From the IMG/VR virus record IMGVR_UViG_3300020349_000025, positions 1 through 27,648 of that record: a DNA stretch of 27,648 nt; one strand, written 5' to 3'. Source of the stretch: a virus (lineage: Duplodnaviria > Caudoviricetes). Made by a program: the position numbers and the translations under genes. Of this stretch, positions 17,262 through 25,999 are shown piece by piece (the first letter of the stretch is position 1; every line of letters begins with the position of its first letter). Under the pieces are notes generated by a model. The model made no database searches, was not told the DNA's origin, and saw only the letters and a program-made list of their open reading frames with translations.

Positions 17262-17467
17262 GACCATTGATTGAATACCCAAGAATAGTCAAAGATGCTA
17301 TCGTCGATCTTTGTGATTGGAAATATGTAGGCAAGGTAGCATTAGTTTTTGTTCCTGTAGTACTATGGACAGCATTCTTTTGTGCTTTAGAATTCATCTA
17401 TCATTTTTCAAAATGGTTTAATGACTTTGGTGGTGACAAGCTTGAGAGGTTTATAAAGAATGATTGA
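17258..17467 (+). CDS. Small membrane protein
   Basis: Central hydrophobic segment; GGAG SD, ATGA overlap. Confidence 0.7.
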   Translation: MRPLIEYPRIVKDAIVDLCDWKYVGKVALVFVPVVLWTAFFCALEFIYHFSKWFNDFGGDKLERFIKND

Positions 17468-17780
17468 GATTATGAAGGAAGTAACTGATTGGGGAGACCT
17501 TAGGATTAATAATGGTTTCTATCATATTAACGGTCAAGGACAATTGGTAGCACATCAGCCTGCTGGTGGTAAGTTAAAAGTTTATAAGACACCGCTTAAA
17601 CAGTTCTCTAAGTCGAGACGTAAGTGGGTTAAAGTTGGAGATTATCAAGAGAAGGGTAATCTAGGTGGTATTCCTGTACCAGGAAGTAATGGGAATACTT
17701 ATTATATCATTGATGGTAAATGTAACTGTAAAGGCTTTACATTCCGTGGTGATTGTAAACACATAAGGAGTGTAGCATGA
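17460..17780 (+). CDS. SWIM zinc-finger protein
   Basis: GSNGNTYYI followed by CNCKGFTFRGDCKH (CxC...CxH). Confidence 0.75.
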   Translation: MIEIMKEVTDWGDLRINNGFYHINGQGQLVAHQPAGGKLKVYKTPLKQFSKSRRKWVKVGDYQEKGNLGGIPVPGSNGNTYYIIDGKCNCKGFTFRGDCKHIRSVA

Positions 17781-18091
17781 CTAAATTTTTGAAAAGAGGA
17801 ATTATATTCGCAGTTGATAGTTGGAGACTTGTAATGGATGCAAGGTTTAATCCTTTAAGGTTTATTCCAGACCCCGTATTACAAACTTACTTTATGTTAG
17901 TCCTATTTGTTATGTGGAGTGCATTCTTTGGAATGGTCGCTATGTTCTATATTGGATGGTTTGGATATTCTATTCCTACAAGTATTATCGTACACTTATC
18001 AATTCTTGTACCTATCGCAATTACAAATGGTGTCTTTATTGATGCTGAAAGAGACGGTTCTAAATGGCTGAGAGATTGGAGAAAGAAATGA
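17777..18091 (+). CDS. Membrane protein (2 TM)
   Basis: VMDARFNPLRFIPD followed by two hydrophobic helices; AAGGAG SD. Confidence 0.75.
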   Translation: MTKFLKRGIIFAVDSWRLVMDARFNPLRFIPDPVLQTYFMLVLFVMWSAFFGMVAMFYIGWFGYSIPTSIIVHLSILVPIAITNGVFIDAERDGSKWLRDWRKK

Positions 18092-18483
18092 GTGCATACT
18101 TAATGGATGTAGATTATGCTACTAAAGAAGATATCTTAAGAGATTACTTTACTGCATTTTCAAATAAAGATGTTGATACATTAGAGACAATGTTTAGTAA
18201 AGATATAGAATTAACTGATAGCTTTGGTCATTGGTCAGGTATAGAAGATGTAATCGGCGCTAACAAGACGATCTTCCAAAACTGTTTACGAATAACAGCT
18301 ATCATAGATAAGATCATTGTAGACGGAGACTCAGCTTGCGCTATAATTGATATTGAAATTATGACAGAAGGTAGTGATCCAACAAATGACTTTAGAGAGA
18401 ATCATCAAACACTTAAGGTAATAGATTACTTCGTATTTGATAATGCTAATAAGATCAAAAAGATATCTGCTTATAAGCAGTAG
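18088..18483 (+). CDS. SnoaL/NTF2-like domain protein
   Basis: YFTAFSNKDVDTLETMFSKDIELTD...G...KVIDYFVFDNANKIKKISAY. Confidence 0.8.
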   Translation: MSAYLMDVDYATKEDILRDYFTAFSNKDVDTLETMFSKDIELTDSFGHWSGIEDVIGANKTIFQNCLRITAIIDKIIVDGDSACAIIDIEIMTEGSDPTNDFRENHQTLKVIDYFVFDNANKIKKISAYKQ

Positions 18484-18491
18484 GAGTAATA

Positions 18492-18668
18492 GTGGATGAA
18501 AGAATTTTAAAAGAAATTAAATTATCAAGACAACTCGCAAGAGAGATTCAATGGGTACTTGATTCTGGTGGCGTTATGCCAGTTCAGATTCATAACATGT
18601 ATAAACCATTGAAAAAGTTTTACGATGATTGTGTTATCGCAGAAGAACTAGATTTCTACGGAAAATAA
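18492..18668 (+). CDS. Small hypothetical protein (58 aa; not in ORF track)
   Basis: GTG start after AGGAG; MDERILKEIKLSRQLAREIQWVLDSGGVMP...; ends 2 bp before the convergent gene. Confidence 0.65.
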   Translation: MDERILKEIKLSRQLAREIQWVLDSGGVMPVQIHNMYKPLKKFYDDCVIAEELDFYGK

Positions 18669-18670
18669 GT

Positions 18671-19327
18671 CTATCTTAAGCCACATCGGCCTTTTGCCTT
18701 TTCGGTAATCTTATGATTGTTATATGCAACTAAACCAGTTACTATACTTGAAACTAATTTCCATTCGTTCCACCAAAACTGGCCATATTTTTCATCAGTC
18801 AAATAAGCTGTCTTTACTCCCCAAATGATTCCACCTTTTAAAGCAATCATTTCATCTACTTCAGGAACTGATGGTAATAATGGATTGGCTTCACGAATAC
18901 AATCATACTTAACTCCTTCGTAAGTTGTATATACATCTGCTATATGAGCTGTCCAAAATAAAACATCAATCAGCAACTGAGTGTTTGCATCCATTCTGAA
19001 AGCTCCTTGGTCTAATTCTATGTTTCCAAGTAATTTTTTTTCCTTCCACTTAGGATTGTGTTGTAGGTCGTAAAAGGAAGGAACAAACTCTGGGCCGTGT
19101 GGAATATTGATCATTGCACCATTAGGCATAATTTTTGTTTTGCCAACAACGACTCTTCTAACAAACTTTTTATTATAAGGAATAGTTTGACCATTACGAA
19201 TCAAGTATTTTTGAGTTTCAGAAAGACTGTGATAACCTAAATCTAAAGTATCAGGTACATATGCAAAGGCGGGCAAGGCAATTAAGCCTATAATTAAACT
19301 ACTTAGTAGTCGCGATAAAAACTCCAT
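18671..19327 (-). CDS. Exported/membrane hypothetical protein
   Basis: Signal-peptide-like LIIGLIALPAFA; C-terminal ADVYTTYEG...EANPLL (DUF5658-like pattern); start uncertain. Confidence 0.7.
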   Translation of the reverse strand: MEFLSRLLSSLIIGLIALPAFAYVPDTLDLGYHSLSETQKYLIRNGQTIPYNKKFVRRVVVGKTKIMPNGAMINIPHGPEFVPSFYDLQHNPKWKEKKLLGNIELDQGAFRMDANTQLLIDVLFWTAHIADVYTTYEGVKYDCIREANPLLPSVPEVDEMIALKGGIIWGVKTAYLTDEKYGQFWWNEWKLVSSIVTGLVAYNNHKITEKAKGRCGLR

Positions 19328-21344
19328 TCCAATCCTTTGGAAGATCTTGCGTTTTCATGTATTCACAACGCTCAATCCACATTTTGTAATAACCTTGCAT
19401 TTGTCCTTCAAAGCAATCCATAAGGTCATTACATATTTTTATCGCCTTATCAAAGTTTTGCTTTTGATAATTTGAATGCATCGCTTCGTGCATCTCTGCT
19501 GGTTTAATATATTTATCTTTATTCAGATCTAATACGGTATGTATACCAACACCAACTGTTTTACCTTTCACCGCAAGATCATCGACCTTAAGAAAAAAGA
19601 AATCATTATGACCACAGCGATCTACTGTTTCTTTTCCAACTAATAATAGACAACCGTATTCTTTACACTTAGATTCAATTCTTGCAGCAGTTGATACTGC
19701 GTCTCCAAGGATGTCATAACTATGTCGACTTGTAGAACCCATTTCACCAACATAACCTAATCCACTGTTAATCCCAGCTCCCATACCAATCGGTGGCCTT
19801 CCTTCTTTTGTAATCTTGTCATTAAACTTTTCTACCGCTCGTAACATATTGATACCAGTTCTTACTGCAGTTTTTGCATGGTCATCATCTTCCATTGGTG
19901 CATTATGTATATGCATGCTTGCGTCTCCAATGTACTTTATGATCATTCCATTTGCATCTAGAACAGGTTGTGTAATAGCGTCCATATAACCATTCATTAA
20001 AGTAGTCAGCCCTCTAACATCATCGCCGAAGCTTTCGCCTAATGGAGTAAATCCTCGAAGATCGCTAAATACAATACTTACATCTTTCTTCATTCCATCC
20101 TTGACAAGAGAAGGATTTTGTTGTAAAATAGTAACAACTTCTGGAGAGCAATAACCGGCAAACTGTTTCATGATTGCCCGCTTTTCTAAAAATGTTAAAT
20201 AGTAATTGTTGAACGATGATTGCGCAAACACCACTAAGGAACCTAATGAAATCAAAGATGCGTCAACAAATGTTAGTGAGTCGCTCCAAAGCCACCAGCT
20301 TACTCCGTATCCGGACCCGACAAGAAGAAGAGATGTTATCACCCCAGGAACTATGGGCAATCCATAGACCGCTCCAAGGATTCCTAGACATACAACCACC
20401 AGAAAGAAGAGCTCAAATATTGCAGACCAGTCGGGAATCTTTATTTCAACTCCTGAAAGAACGGTCTGAATTAACTGAGCTTGAACTTCGTGGGGATACA
20501 TTGCACCCGTTGGGGTTGCGACTGGATTAGAATAGCCCTCTGCGGTTATTCCAAATACTAATACCTTTCCGCTTGGTAAAGGGTCGGTGATACTTATTTG
20601 TTCAAATTTATTCCAAAAGGCAATTGGTAATTCAGAAAAACTATTTGTTGTAATAGGATCTTGCTTTCCTATTCTTACCCATTCAACGCCATTGGAGCCT
20701 ACCTTCATTTGGTAGCTTGGTTCTCCTGTGTACACACGTAAGGTATCGAGGGCGAGAGATGGATAGGAATTCCCGGCTGCTTGTATAACGAGTGGCGCAC
20801 GTCGCACGACTCCGGTTGGTTTATCAGGAATAGCAACGGTAGCACCAACCCCGTAAGCGAAATTAGACAAAACATCGACAGGATAAAGTAGTCCCGGAAA
20901 TTTGTAAAGCCAGTTTTCATTTTGTTCTCCAAAGGTGGCAACGCCTACAAAAGTACCAAGTCCACCGGTTAATTGTTGTGATGGTGCTGAGGCTAACACC
21001 ACTGCTTTTTGTTGCATTTCAAATGCAAGTAAATTGTCTTCTCCAAATCTATCTTCTTCAGAGTATATTACGTTAAGGACATAAAGGCTATCGTCAGGAC
21101 TATCGCGTAAATAATCAGCAACTGCACCACGAGGCCAAGGATATTGACCTTTGGCAGCGATTGCTTTTTCGTCGATGTTGACGAGTACAATGTTTTCAAT
21201 AATTCTTTTTTCTTTATTTTGCTGTAAGGTATCATAATAGGCGTATTCTATACTTTGTATTATATTAGGGTTAACAATACTTAATGCCGCAAAACCTGCG
21301 ATAGTAAATAAGACTGTCCACCACTTGGTTAATTGCTTAAGCAT
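19299..21344 (-). CDS. CHASE2-domain class III adenylate/guanylate cyclase
   Basis: N-terminal TM; CHASE2 IVLVNIDE...YPWPR; 3 TMs; FSDLRGFT, KYIGDA, GINSG, YDILGDAVSTAARIES. Confidence 0.93.
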   Translation of the reverse strand: MLKQLTKWWTVLFTIAGFAALSIVNPNIIQSIEYAYYDTLQQNKEKRIIENIVLVNIDEKAIAAKGQYPWPRGAVADYLRDSPDDSLYVLNVIYSEEDRFGEDNLLAFEMQQKAVVLASAPSQQLTGGLGTFVGVATFGEQNENWLYKFPGLLYPVDVLSNFAYGVGATVAIPDKPTGVVRRAPLVIQAAGNSYPSLALDTLRVYTGEPSYQMKVGSNGVEWVRIGKQDPITTNSFSELPIAFWNKFEQISITDPLPSGKVLVFGITAEGYSNPVATPTGAMYPHEVQAQLIQTVLSGVEIKIPDWSAIFELFFLVVVCLGILGAVYGLPIVPGVITSLLLVGSGYGVSWWLWSDSLTFVDASLISLGSLVVFAQSSFNNYYLTFLEKRAIMKQFAGYCSPEVVTILQQNPSLVKDGMKKDVSIVFSDLRGFTPLGESFGDDVRGLTTLMNGYMDAITQPVLDANGMIIKYIGDASMHIHNAPMEDDDHAKTAVRTGINMLRAVEKFNDKITKEGRPPIGMGAGINSGLGYVGEMGSTSRHSYDILGDAVSTAARIESKCKEYGCLLLVGKETVDRCGHNDFFFLKVDDLAVKGKTVGVGIHTVLDLNKDKYIKPAEMHEAMHSNYQKQNFDKAIKICNDLMDCFEGQMQGYYKMWIERCEYMKTQDLPKDWNGVFIATTK

Positions 21345-22077
21345 AATGTTTTATAGTCCAATTACCTTCGTGGTCTTCAATCAATGCTGAACAACTTTCA
21401 CACCAATCTCCATCATTCATATATGTAATTTCATCGTGCTGTTGTATTTCTGCATGATGAATATGACCACATATAATTCCATCATACTTTTTCTTTCTTG
21501 CATAATTAACCATTTCTGTTTCAAACTCACCAATAAAGTTTGAGGCTAACTTAGCTTTTCTTTTTAAATATTTTGCTAATGACCAAGGCTTGTATCCAAA
21601 GAAGCTTCTGATTTGATTTACTACATAATTAATGCCAATTAATCTATCGTAACCCCAATCACCAAGATGCATTACTGTTTTACCAAATTTTGTTCTCATT
21701 AGATAGTCAAACATATCTCCATGTACTACAAGATATTTTTTTCCATCAGCTCCAATATGAGTTAATCTATTATGTGTTTCAATATTACCTACATTAATAT
21801 TTGGAATTGTTCTTAAGAACTCATCGTGATTACCGCTTATCCAATAAACATCTGTATATTTTGAAATACGAATAAGTTCTTTAACTACTCTATTATGATT
21901 GTTTGGCCAATACCATTTTTTCTGAAGTCTCCAACCATCAATAATATCACCGACCAAATAAAGCTTTTCTGTTCTAACTTCTTTGAGAAATTTTAATAAG
22001 TCTTCGTCTCTGCAGTGTTTGCTACCTAAATGTAAATCTGAAATGAATACACTTCTATGACCAATATCGTTTTTCAT
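21337..22077 (-). CDS. plcP: Metallophosphoesterase, PlcP-like (LpxH/UDP-2,3-diacylglucosamine hydrolase superfamily)
   Basis: FISDLHLG, LVGDIIDGWRL..KWYWP, GNHDEFLR, HGDMFD, LGDWGYD, NFIGEFE, ICGHIHHA, YMNDGDWCESCSAL. Confidence 0.8.
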   Translation of the reverse strand: MKNDIGHRSVFISDLHLGSKHCRDEDLLKFLKEVRTEKLYLVGDIIDGWRLQKKWYWPNNHNRVVKELIRISKYTDVYWISGNHDEFLRTIPNINVGNIETHNRLTHIGADGKKYLVVHGDMFDYLMRTKFGKTVMHLGDWGYDRLIGINYVVNQIRSFFGYKPWSLAKYLKRKAKLASNFIGEFETEMVNYARKKKYDGIICGHIHHAEIQQHDEITYMNDGDWCESCSALIEDHEGNWTIKHYA

Positions 22078-22762
22078 CTATGTTATTCCAATGCTTTTGG
22101 TTATTTCTATATAAGAAATTTTTAATTAAATACCAGGACATACCGAAATATCCCATCTGCTTGAATCTTCTACTGTCTTGTCCAAAGTAATGTTTGGCAA
22201 GTTTAAATTTCTTTGGATCATATTTTCTCGACAAGTGAAAATCTTCTGATGTTGGATACTTACAAGGAAACGCACCGTGCTCATAAAACTTATCTCTACG
22301 AGTTAAACAATACGCTCCTACAGCAAAGGGAATCCATTTGGACAATATCTTATTTACTACATTAAACATTGAAAAGCCAATCTTTGCTCTCCAATCATTA
22401 TCATAACATTTAATACTTAATCCTATTAAATGTAAATCTTCTTCTTTCATTTGTTTTAGAGTATCATAGATTACTGTATCTGAAAAAAATCTAACATCAG
22501 AATCTATAAAAAGAATATACGGTGTGGTTACTAAAGCTGCTCCGTTATTTTTAGCAACTGAAACAGGTCCTCCTTCAATAATAACAACATCTAAATTTTC
22601 TTTATTATTTTTAATGACCTTTCTTGTGTCATCGGTTGAACAATCTGCGATATAAATTCTTATACCTTCTATACCTTTTTGTTTCTTTAATCCATCAAGC
22701 AAATGATGAATATAAAATTGTTCGTTTTTACACGGGACAACTATCGTAACTTCGTCTTTCAT
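22055..22762 (-). CDS. GT2 family glycosyltransferase
   Basis: TIVVPCKNE, IADCSTDDT, AKNNGA, ILFIDSD (DxD), SED, DSRRF. Confidence 0.9.
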   Translation of the reverse strand: MKDEVTIVVPCKNEQFYIHHLLDGLKKQKGIEGIRIYIADCSTDDTRKVIKNNKENLDVVIIEGGPVSVAKNNGAALVTTPYILFIDSDVRFFSDTVIYDTLKQMKEEDLHLIGLSIKCYDNDWRAKIGFSMFNVVNKILSKWIPFAVGAYCLTRRDKFYEHGAFPCKYPTSEDFHLSRKYDPKKFKLAKHYFGQDSRRFKQMGYFGMSWYLIKNFLYRNNQKHWNNIDEKRYWS

Positions 22763-22763
22763 A

Positions 22764-23711
22764 TTAAGCTCCGAAATGTTTACGGTACATCTTTGTCGTA
22801 TTTATAAGTTGCCTTACGTGTTCAACTGGAGTTGTCTTATCAATTCCATGAGCAAGGTTTACAATATACGGTGTGTCTTTCATTTTATCGAGGACAGGTG
22901 TAATATCTTCTCCTTTAATTAATCTCTTAACGGAAATACCACCTTGTATTACTTCACCGTTAATTTCGTCTACTGGTAAATCATCACTGATATTAATCGC
23001 ATCAGGATTTACGTATTCAATATAATCGTTTATTTTTAATCCTACTAATCTTGGAAAGGCAATGATACATACATCAGGATAGTGAGCTCGTATCACATCA
23101 ACAATTTGTTTTGTTGGTTCCATAACGAATGCTTCGAAGTCTTCTTGAGAAATATCACAAGCATGCGAATCAAAGATTTGTACTGTATCACATCCTGCTT
23201 CAATTTGCATTGTTAGATGATCTATAATATAAGGTACTAAATTTTGTACCACATCTAATCTTTGTTCTTCGCACATATACTTACATATTGTATATGGAGC
23301 TGCGGCGAATCCAATCAAAGATTTACTGTCATCAAGTTCTTCTCTAACTTTTCGTATTGCTTCGTAAACTGGTTCGCACTTATCTAAAAATTCATCTTGT
23401 GTTGTTTCCCAAAATGACTCGTCGTATGGACCTAGCTTTGGACCAGGAACATAATCAAGTTCTTGTCCTAAAGCGTAATTCACAATAAGTATGTCTGAGA
23501 ATATAATTGCACAATCCATATCAAACTCTTTAATAGGTTGCATTGTAATTTCAGCAGCCTTCCAAGGAGTAAGAGCCATATCTAAAAAGCCATTTGATTT
23601 TTCTTTCATTGCCATATATTCTGGCATATATCTTCCGGCTTGTCTCATTAACCATACAGGATATAAATTGACTTCTTTATCTTTAATGGTTCTTTGTAAT
23701 AATGTTTTCAT
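22764..23711 (-). CDS. hemE: Uroporphyrinogen decarboxylase
   Basis: PVWLMRQAGRYMPEY, AIIFSDIL, LIGFAAAPYT, QIEAGCDTVQIFDS, IVNLAHGI. Confidence 0.93.
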   Translation of the reverse strand: MKTLLQRTIKDKEVNLYPVWLMRQAGRYMPEYMAMKEKSNGFLDMALTPWKAAEITMQPIKEFDMDCAIIFSDILIVNYALGQELDYVPGPKLGPYDESFWETTQDEFLDKCEPVYEAIRKVREELDDSKSLIGFAAAPYTICKYMCEEQRLDVVQNLVPYIIDHLTMQIEAGCDTVQIFDSHACDISQEDFEAFVMEPTKQIVDVIRAHYPDVCIIAFPRLVGLKINDYIEYVNPDAINISDDLPVDEINGEVIQGGISVKRLIKGEDITPVLDKMKDTPYIVNLAHGIDKTTPVEHVRQLINTTKMYRKHFGA

Positions 23712-23713
23712 AA

Positions 23714-24025
23714 TTAACTTAATCTTTTTTGAATGTATTTCACCGCCGCATAAATTGTTAAACCATATACCGCGAATATTGTTAGAGGAACTGCCATGTT
23801 TAATATTACACTAATATCTAAAAATAGCAAATCTTTTGTAAAGTCGATGATTGCCTCTGCGTCACCTACAGGTTGAATCTCTCTCGAACCTTCATCGTAT
23901 ATCATACCTGCGTCTTGAAGCTGCAAGTGGAATTCGTCTTCTGGGATACACATCATTCCTTCAGGACAATCTGCGTCACCTGGATATAATGTTCCTACGG
24001 GATTACCGAATGCGTCTGTTTCCAT
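23714..24025 (-). CDS. Small membrane protein
   Basis: Acidic N-terminus with CPEGMMC, C-terminal TM; 1-2 bp gaps to neighbours. Confidence 0.75.
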   Translation of the reverse strand: METDAFGNPVGTLYPGDADCPEGMMCIPEDEFHLQLQDAGMIYDEGSREIQPVGDAEAIIDFTKDLLFLDISVILNMAVPLTIFAVYGLTIYAAVKYIQKRLS

Positions 24026-24026
24026 C

Positions 24027-24833
24027 TTATTCTTGAGTTACTGATGTAGAGCAACCACCCACTGTTAAACAATCAACTGATAAAGTATATGTTTGAGTTG
24101 TTGTTCCAAATTGTTTTAAAATTAAATCTGTTCCGTATAAACCGTCAAGTAAAACATTGGCATTGTGCTGTGCGCCGTTACCTTTCTGTCTAATGAATAC
24201 ATCGTTATAAGAATTGTAAATTGTTAGATCTACATTCTTTGCACCATCACTTTGTTGCTTTATTTTAACTTCGTTATTATCACCTGCTAAATGTAAATCA
24301 AAGTCATGACCATCGGTTGAAGTTGTTTGGTTTGTTTGTTGAACTGCCAATTGGTTATAGTTACCATACATTGTGATATCCATTTCATGACCACCACCTT
24401 CTAAGTTATCATAATCCCAACTTAAATTAGTATCAGAAGTAATATCTTCCCAATCAATTCCTTGGCCTAATTTCATCTGATTACCTGTACCATTGATTTC
24501 ATCAAATCGTATTTTATTAGGAAGTGCAGTATGGCTTGTATTTACTTGTACTAAATACATATCTAAACTTGCTGATGAAATAAACGAATTTCCATCTAGC
24601 ATTAAGATTTGATTCTTATGACCAAATTGATCTACACCTAATTGAAAAGTATCACCAGTTTGTTCTATGTTAATTTCATTGTCTGCAAGAGCTGCAGGAG
24701 CTAATATCAACATACCAAATATTGCACCAGCTAAAAATGAATGAGCTAAATCTTTTGCTGTCCAAATGTTAGGGCCGACTTGTTTTCTAAATATTGCCCA
24801 AGCTTTTTCTTCATGTTTGCTTCTTTGTTTCAT
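24027..24833 (-). CDS. Secreted curlin-like repeat protein
   Basis: Signal peptide ending AALA; repeats of hydrophobic-x-hydrophobic-x-Q/x-G-xx-N (EQTGDT, DQFGHKN, MYGNYNQLAVQQ, LAGDNNEVKIKQ, RQKGNG). Confidence 0.7.
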   Translation of the reverse strand: MKQRSKHEEKAWAIFRKQVGPNIWTAKDLAHSFLAGAIFGMLILAPAALADNEINIEQTGDTFQLGVDQFGHKNQILMLDGNSFISSASLDMYLVQVNTSHTALPNKIRFDEINGTGNQMKLGQGIDWEDITSDTNLSWDYDNLEGGGHEMDITMYGNYNQLAVQQTNQTTSTDGHDFDLHLAGDNNEVKIKQQSDGAKNVDLTIYNSYNDVFIRQKGNGAQHNANVLLDGLYGTDLILKQFGTTTQTYTLSVDCLTVGGCSTSVTQE

Positions 24834-24841
24834 AATTTTAT

Positions 24842-25999
24842 TTATCCACCCTGTCGTAAATCTATTATTGTGTCTTCACCGCCGTTTAAAAATATAGTAC
24901 CTTCATACCCACCTACAGTTGTTCGTATTGTTGCTCTTGCGTTAATACTTAGTATGATTTGTATTGTTTCATTTACAGAACGATATAATACTATTTTGCC
25001 ATCCTGTTCGTAAACATTATATTGCGAATCTAAATTTAAACCAAAATCTGCACCTTTTAGTTCTGCTCCTAAAGATGTTTGTGATATTGCACTATCGTCA
25101 AGTCTTGCTGCTGTTGCTACTAATGCTTCAACCACATTTAATACATCAGTTAAGAAATCAACATTTAAGTAATCAATGTCAAGCTCTGTGAACTCTAAAG
25201 CGTCATCTTCTAAATAATCAATATCTAATCCATCAAACTCTAAAAAGTCAATATCAAGTAATCCTTGATCTGAATCTAAATCGTTTGCCACTTGTTCCTC
25301 TATTGCTTCTTTCACTTCTTGTGGTGGTGATACGATAAACATATTGTCTATCATACTAGCTGTTATACCAATCATTGTGATTTGTCTTGTAGGTGGACTA
25401 TCCATTGAAGAAACCATTGTAGCAGCATACGCTTCATTAAGTACAATTTCTCCACCATCATTAAAGACTGTAATTGAACCTGATGGGTTTCCAAATTCGT
25501 CAGGCAATAATATAACGAGAGATCTTCCGAGTTCATCTATCGTTGTTGTAAAATCTGTTCCGCGAACTGCAATTGACGCAGTGGGAGTTTGAATGTCAAT
25601 GTTATTTTTATTGACCATTCCTAATCGACCTGAAGCAAAGCGTGCTGTGCCTAATGCCATACGCATTGTCATTTTTGATTTGCTTGGGTCAGGATCGTAG
25701 TATACTTTATCTATGTATACTTTTGTATGCTCTGTAAGTGAGAGTTCAGCTTTATCTAAAAACTCAATAAGCATACGGCCGTTTGATGTTTCGGCAGTAT
25801 CGTTTATTTCAATTGGCGGAGTGCTTGAGAGACTGATGCTATTACCAGCCTCTCTTACAATCTGTCCACTACCAGTCGACTCTACTATTTCTCCTATTTG
25901 GCTCGATATAACTTCAAGAGGCAAAGCTATAGTAAAACCAAAGATAAGAAATTTAGCTGTCGTTGGCGTTATCTTTCTGATTAATTTGAATAGTTGCAT
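24842..25999 (-). CDS. FecR-domain protein with acidic C-terminal extension
   Basis: DTAETSNGRMLIEFLD, GTARFASG, IQTPTASIAVRGTDF; hydrophobic N-terminus; start uncertain (25999 or 26032). Confidence 0.85.
   Translation of the reverse strand: MQLFKLIRKITPTTAKFLIFGFTIALPLEVISSQIGEIVESTGSGQIVREAGNSISLSSTPPIEINDTAETSNGRMLIEFLDKAELSLTEHTKVYIDKVYYDPDPSKSKMTMRMALGTARFASGRLGMVNKNNIDIQTPTASIAVRGTDFTTTIDELGRSLVILLPDEFGNPSGSITVFNDGGEIVLNEAYAATMVSSMDSPPTRQITMIGITASMIDNMFIVSPPQEVKEAIEEQVANDLDSDQGLLDIDFLEFDGLDIDYLEDDALEFTELDIDYLNVDFLTDVLNVVEALVATAARLDDSAISQTSLGAELKGADFGLNLDSQYNVYEQDGKIVLYRSVNETIQIILSINARATIRTTVGGYEGTIFLNGGEDTIIDLRQGG

Noticed and set aside
18660-18700. Bidirectional terminator at the convergent junction
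   Set aside because: Stops are only 2 bp apart and the only stem (GCC-ACATC-GGC) is too weak
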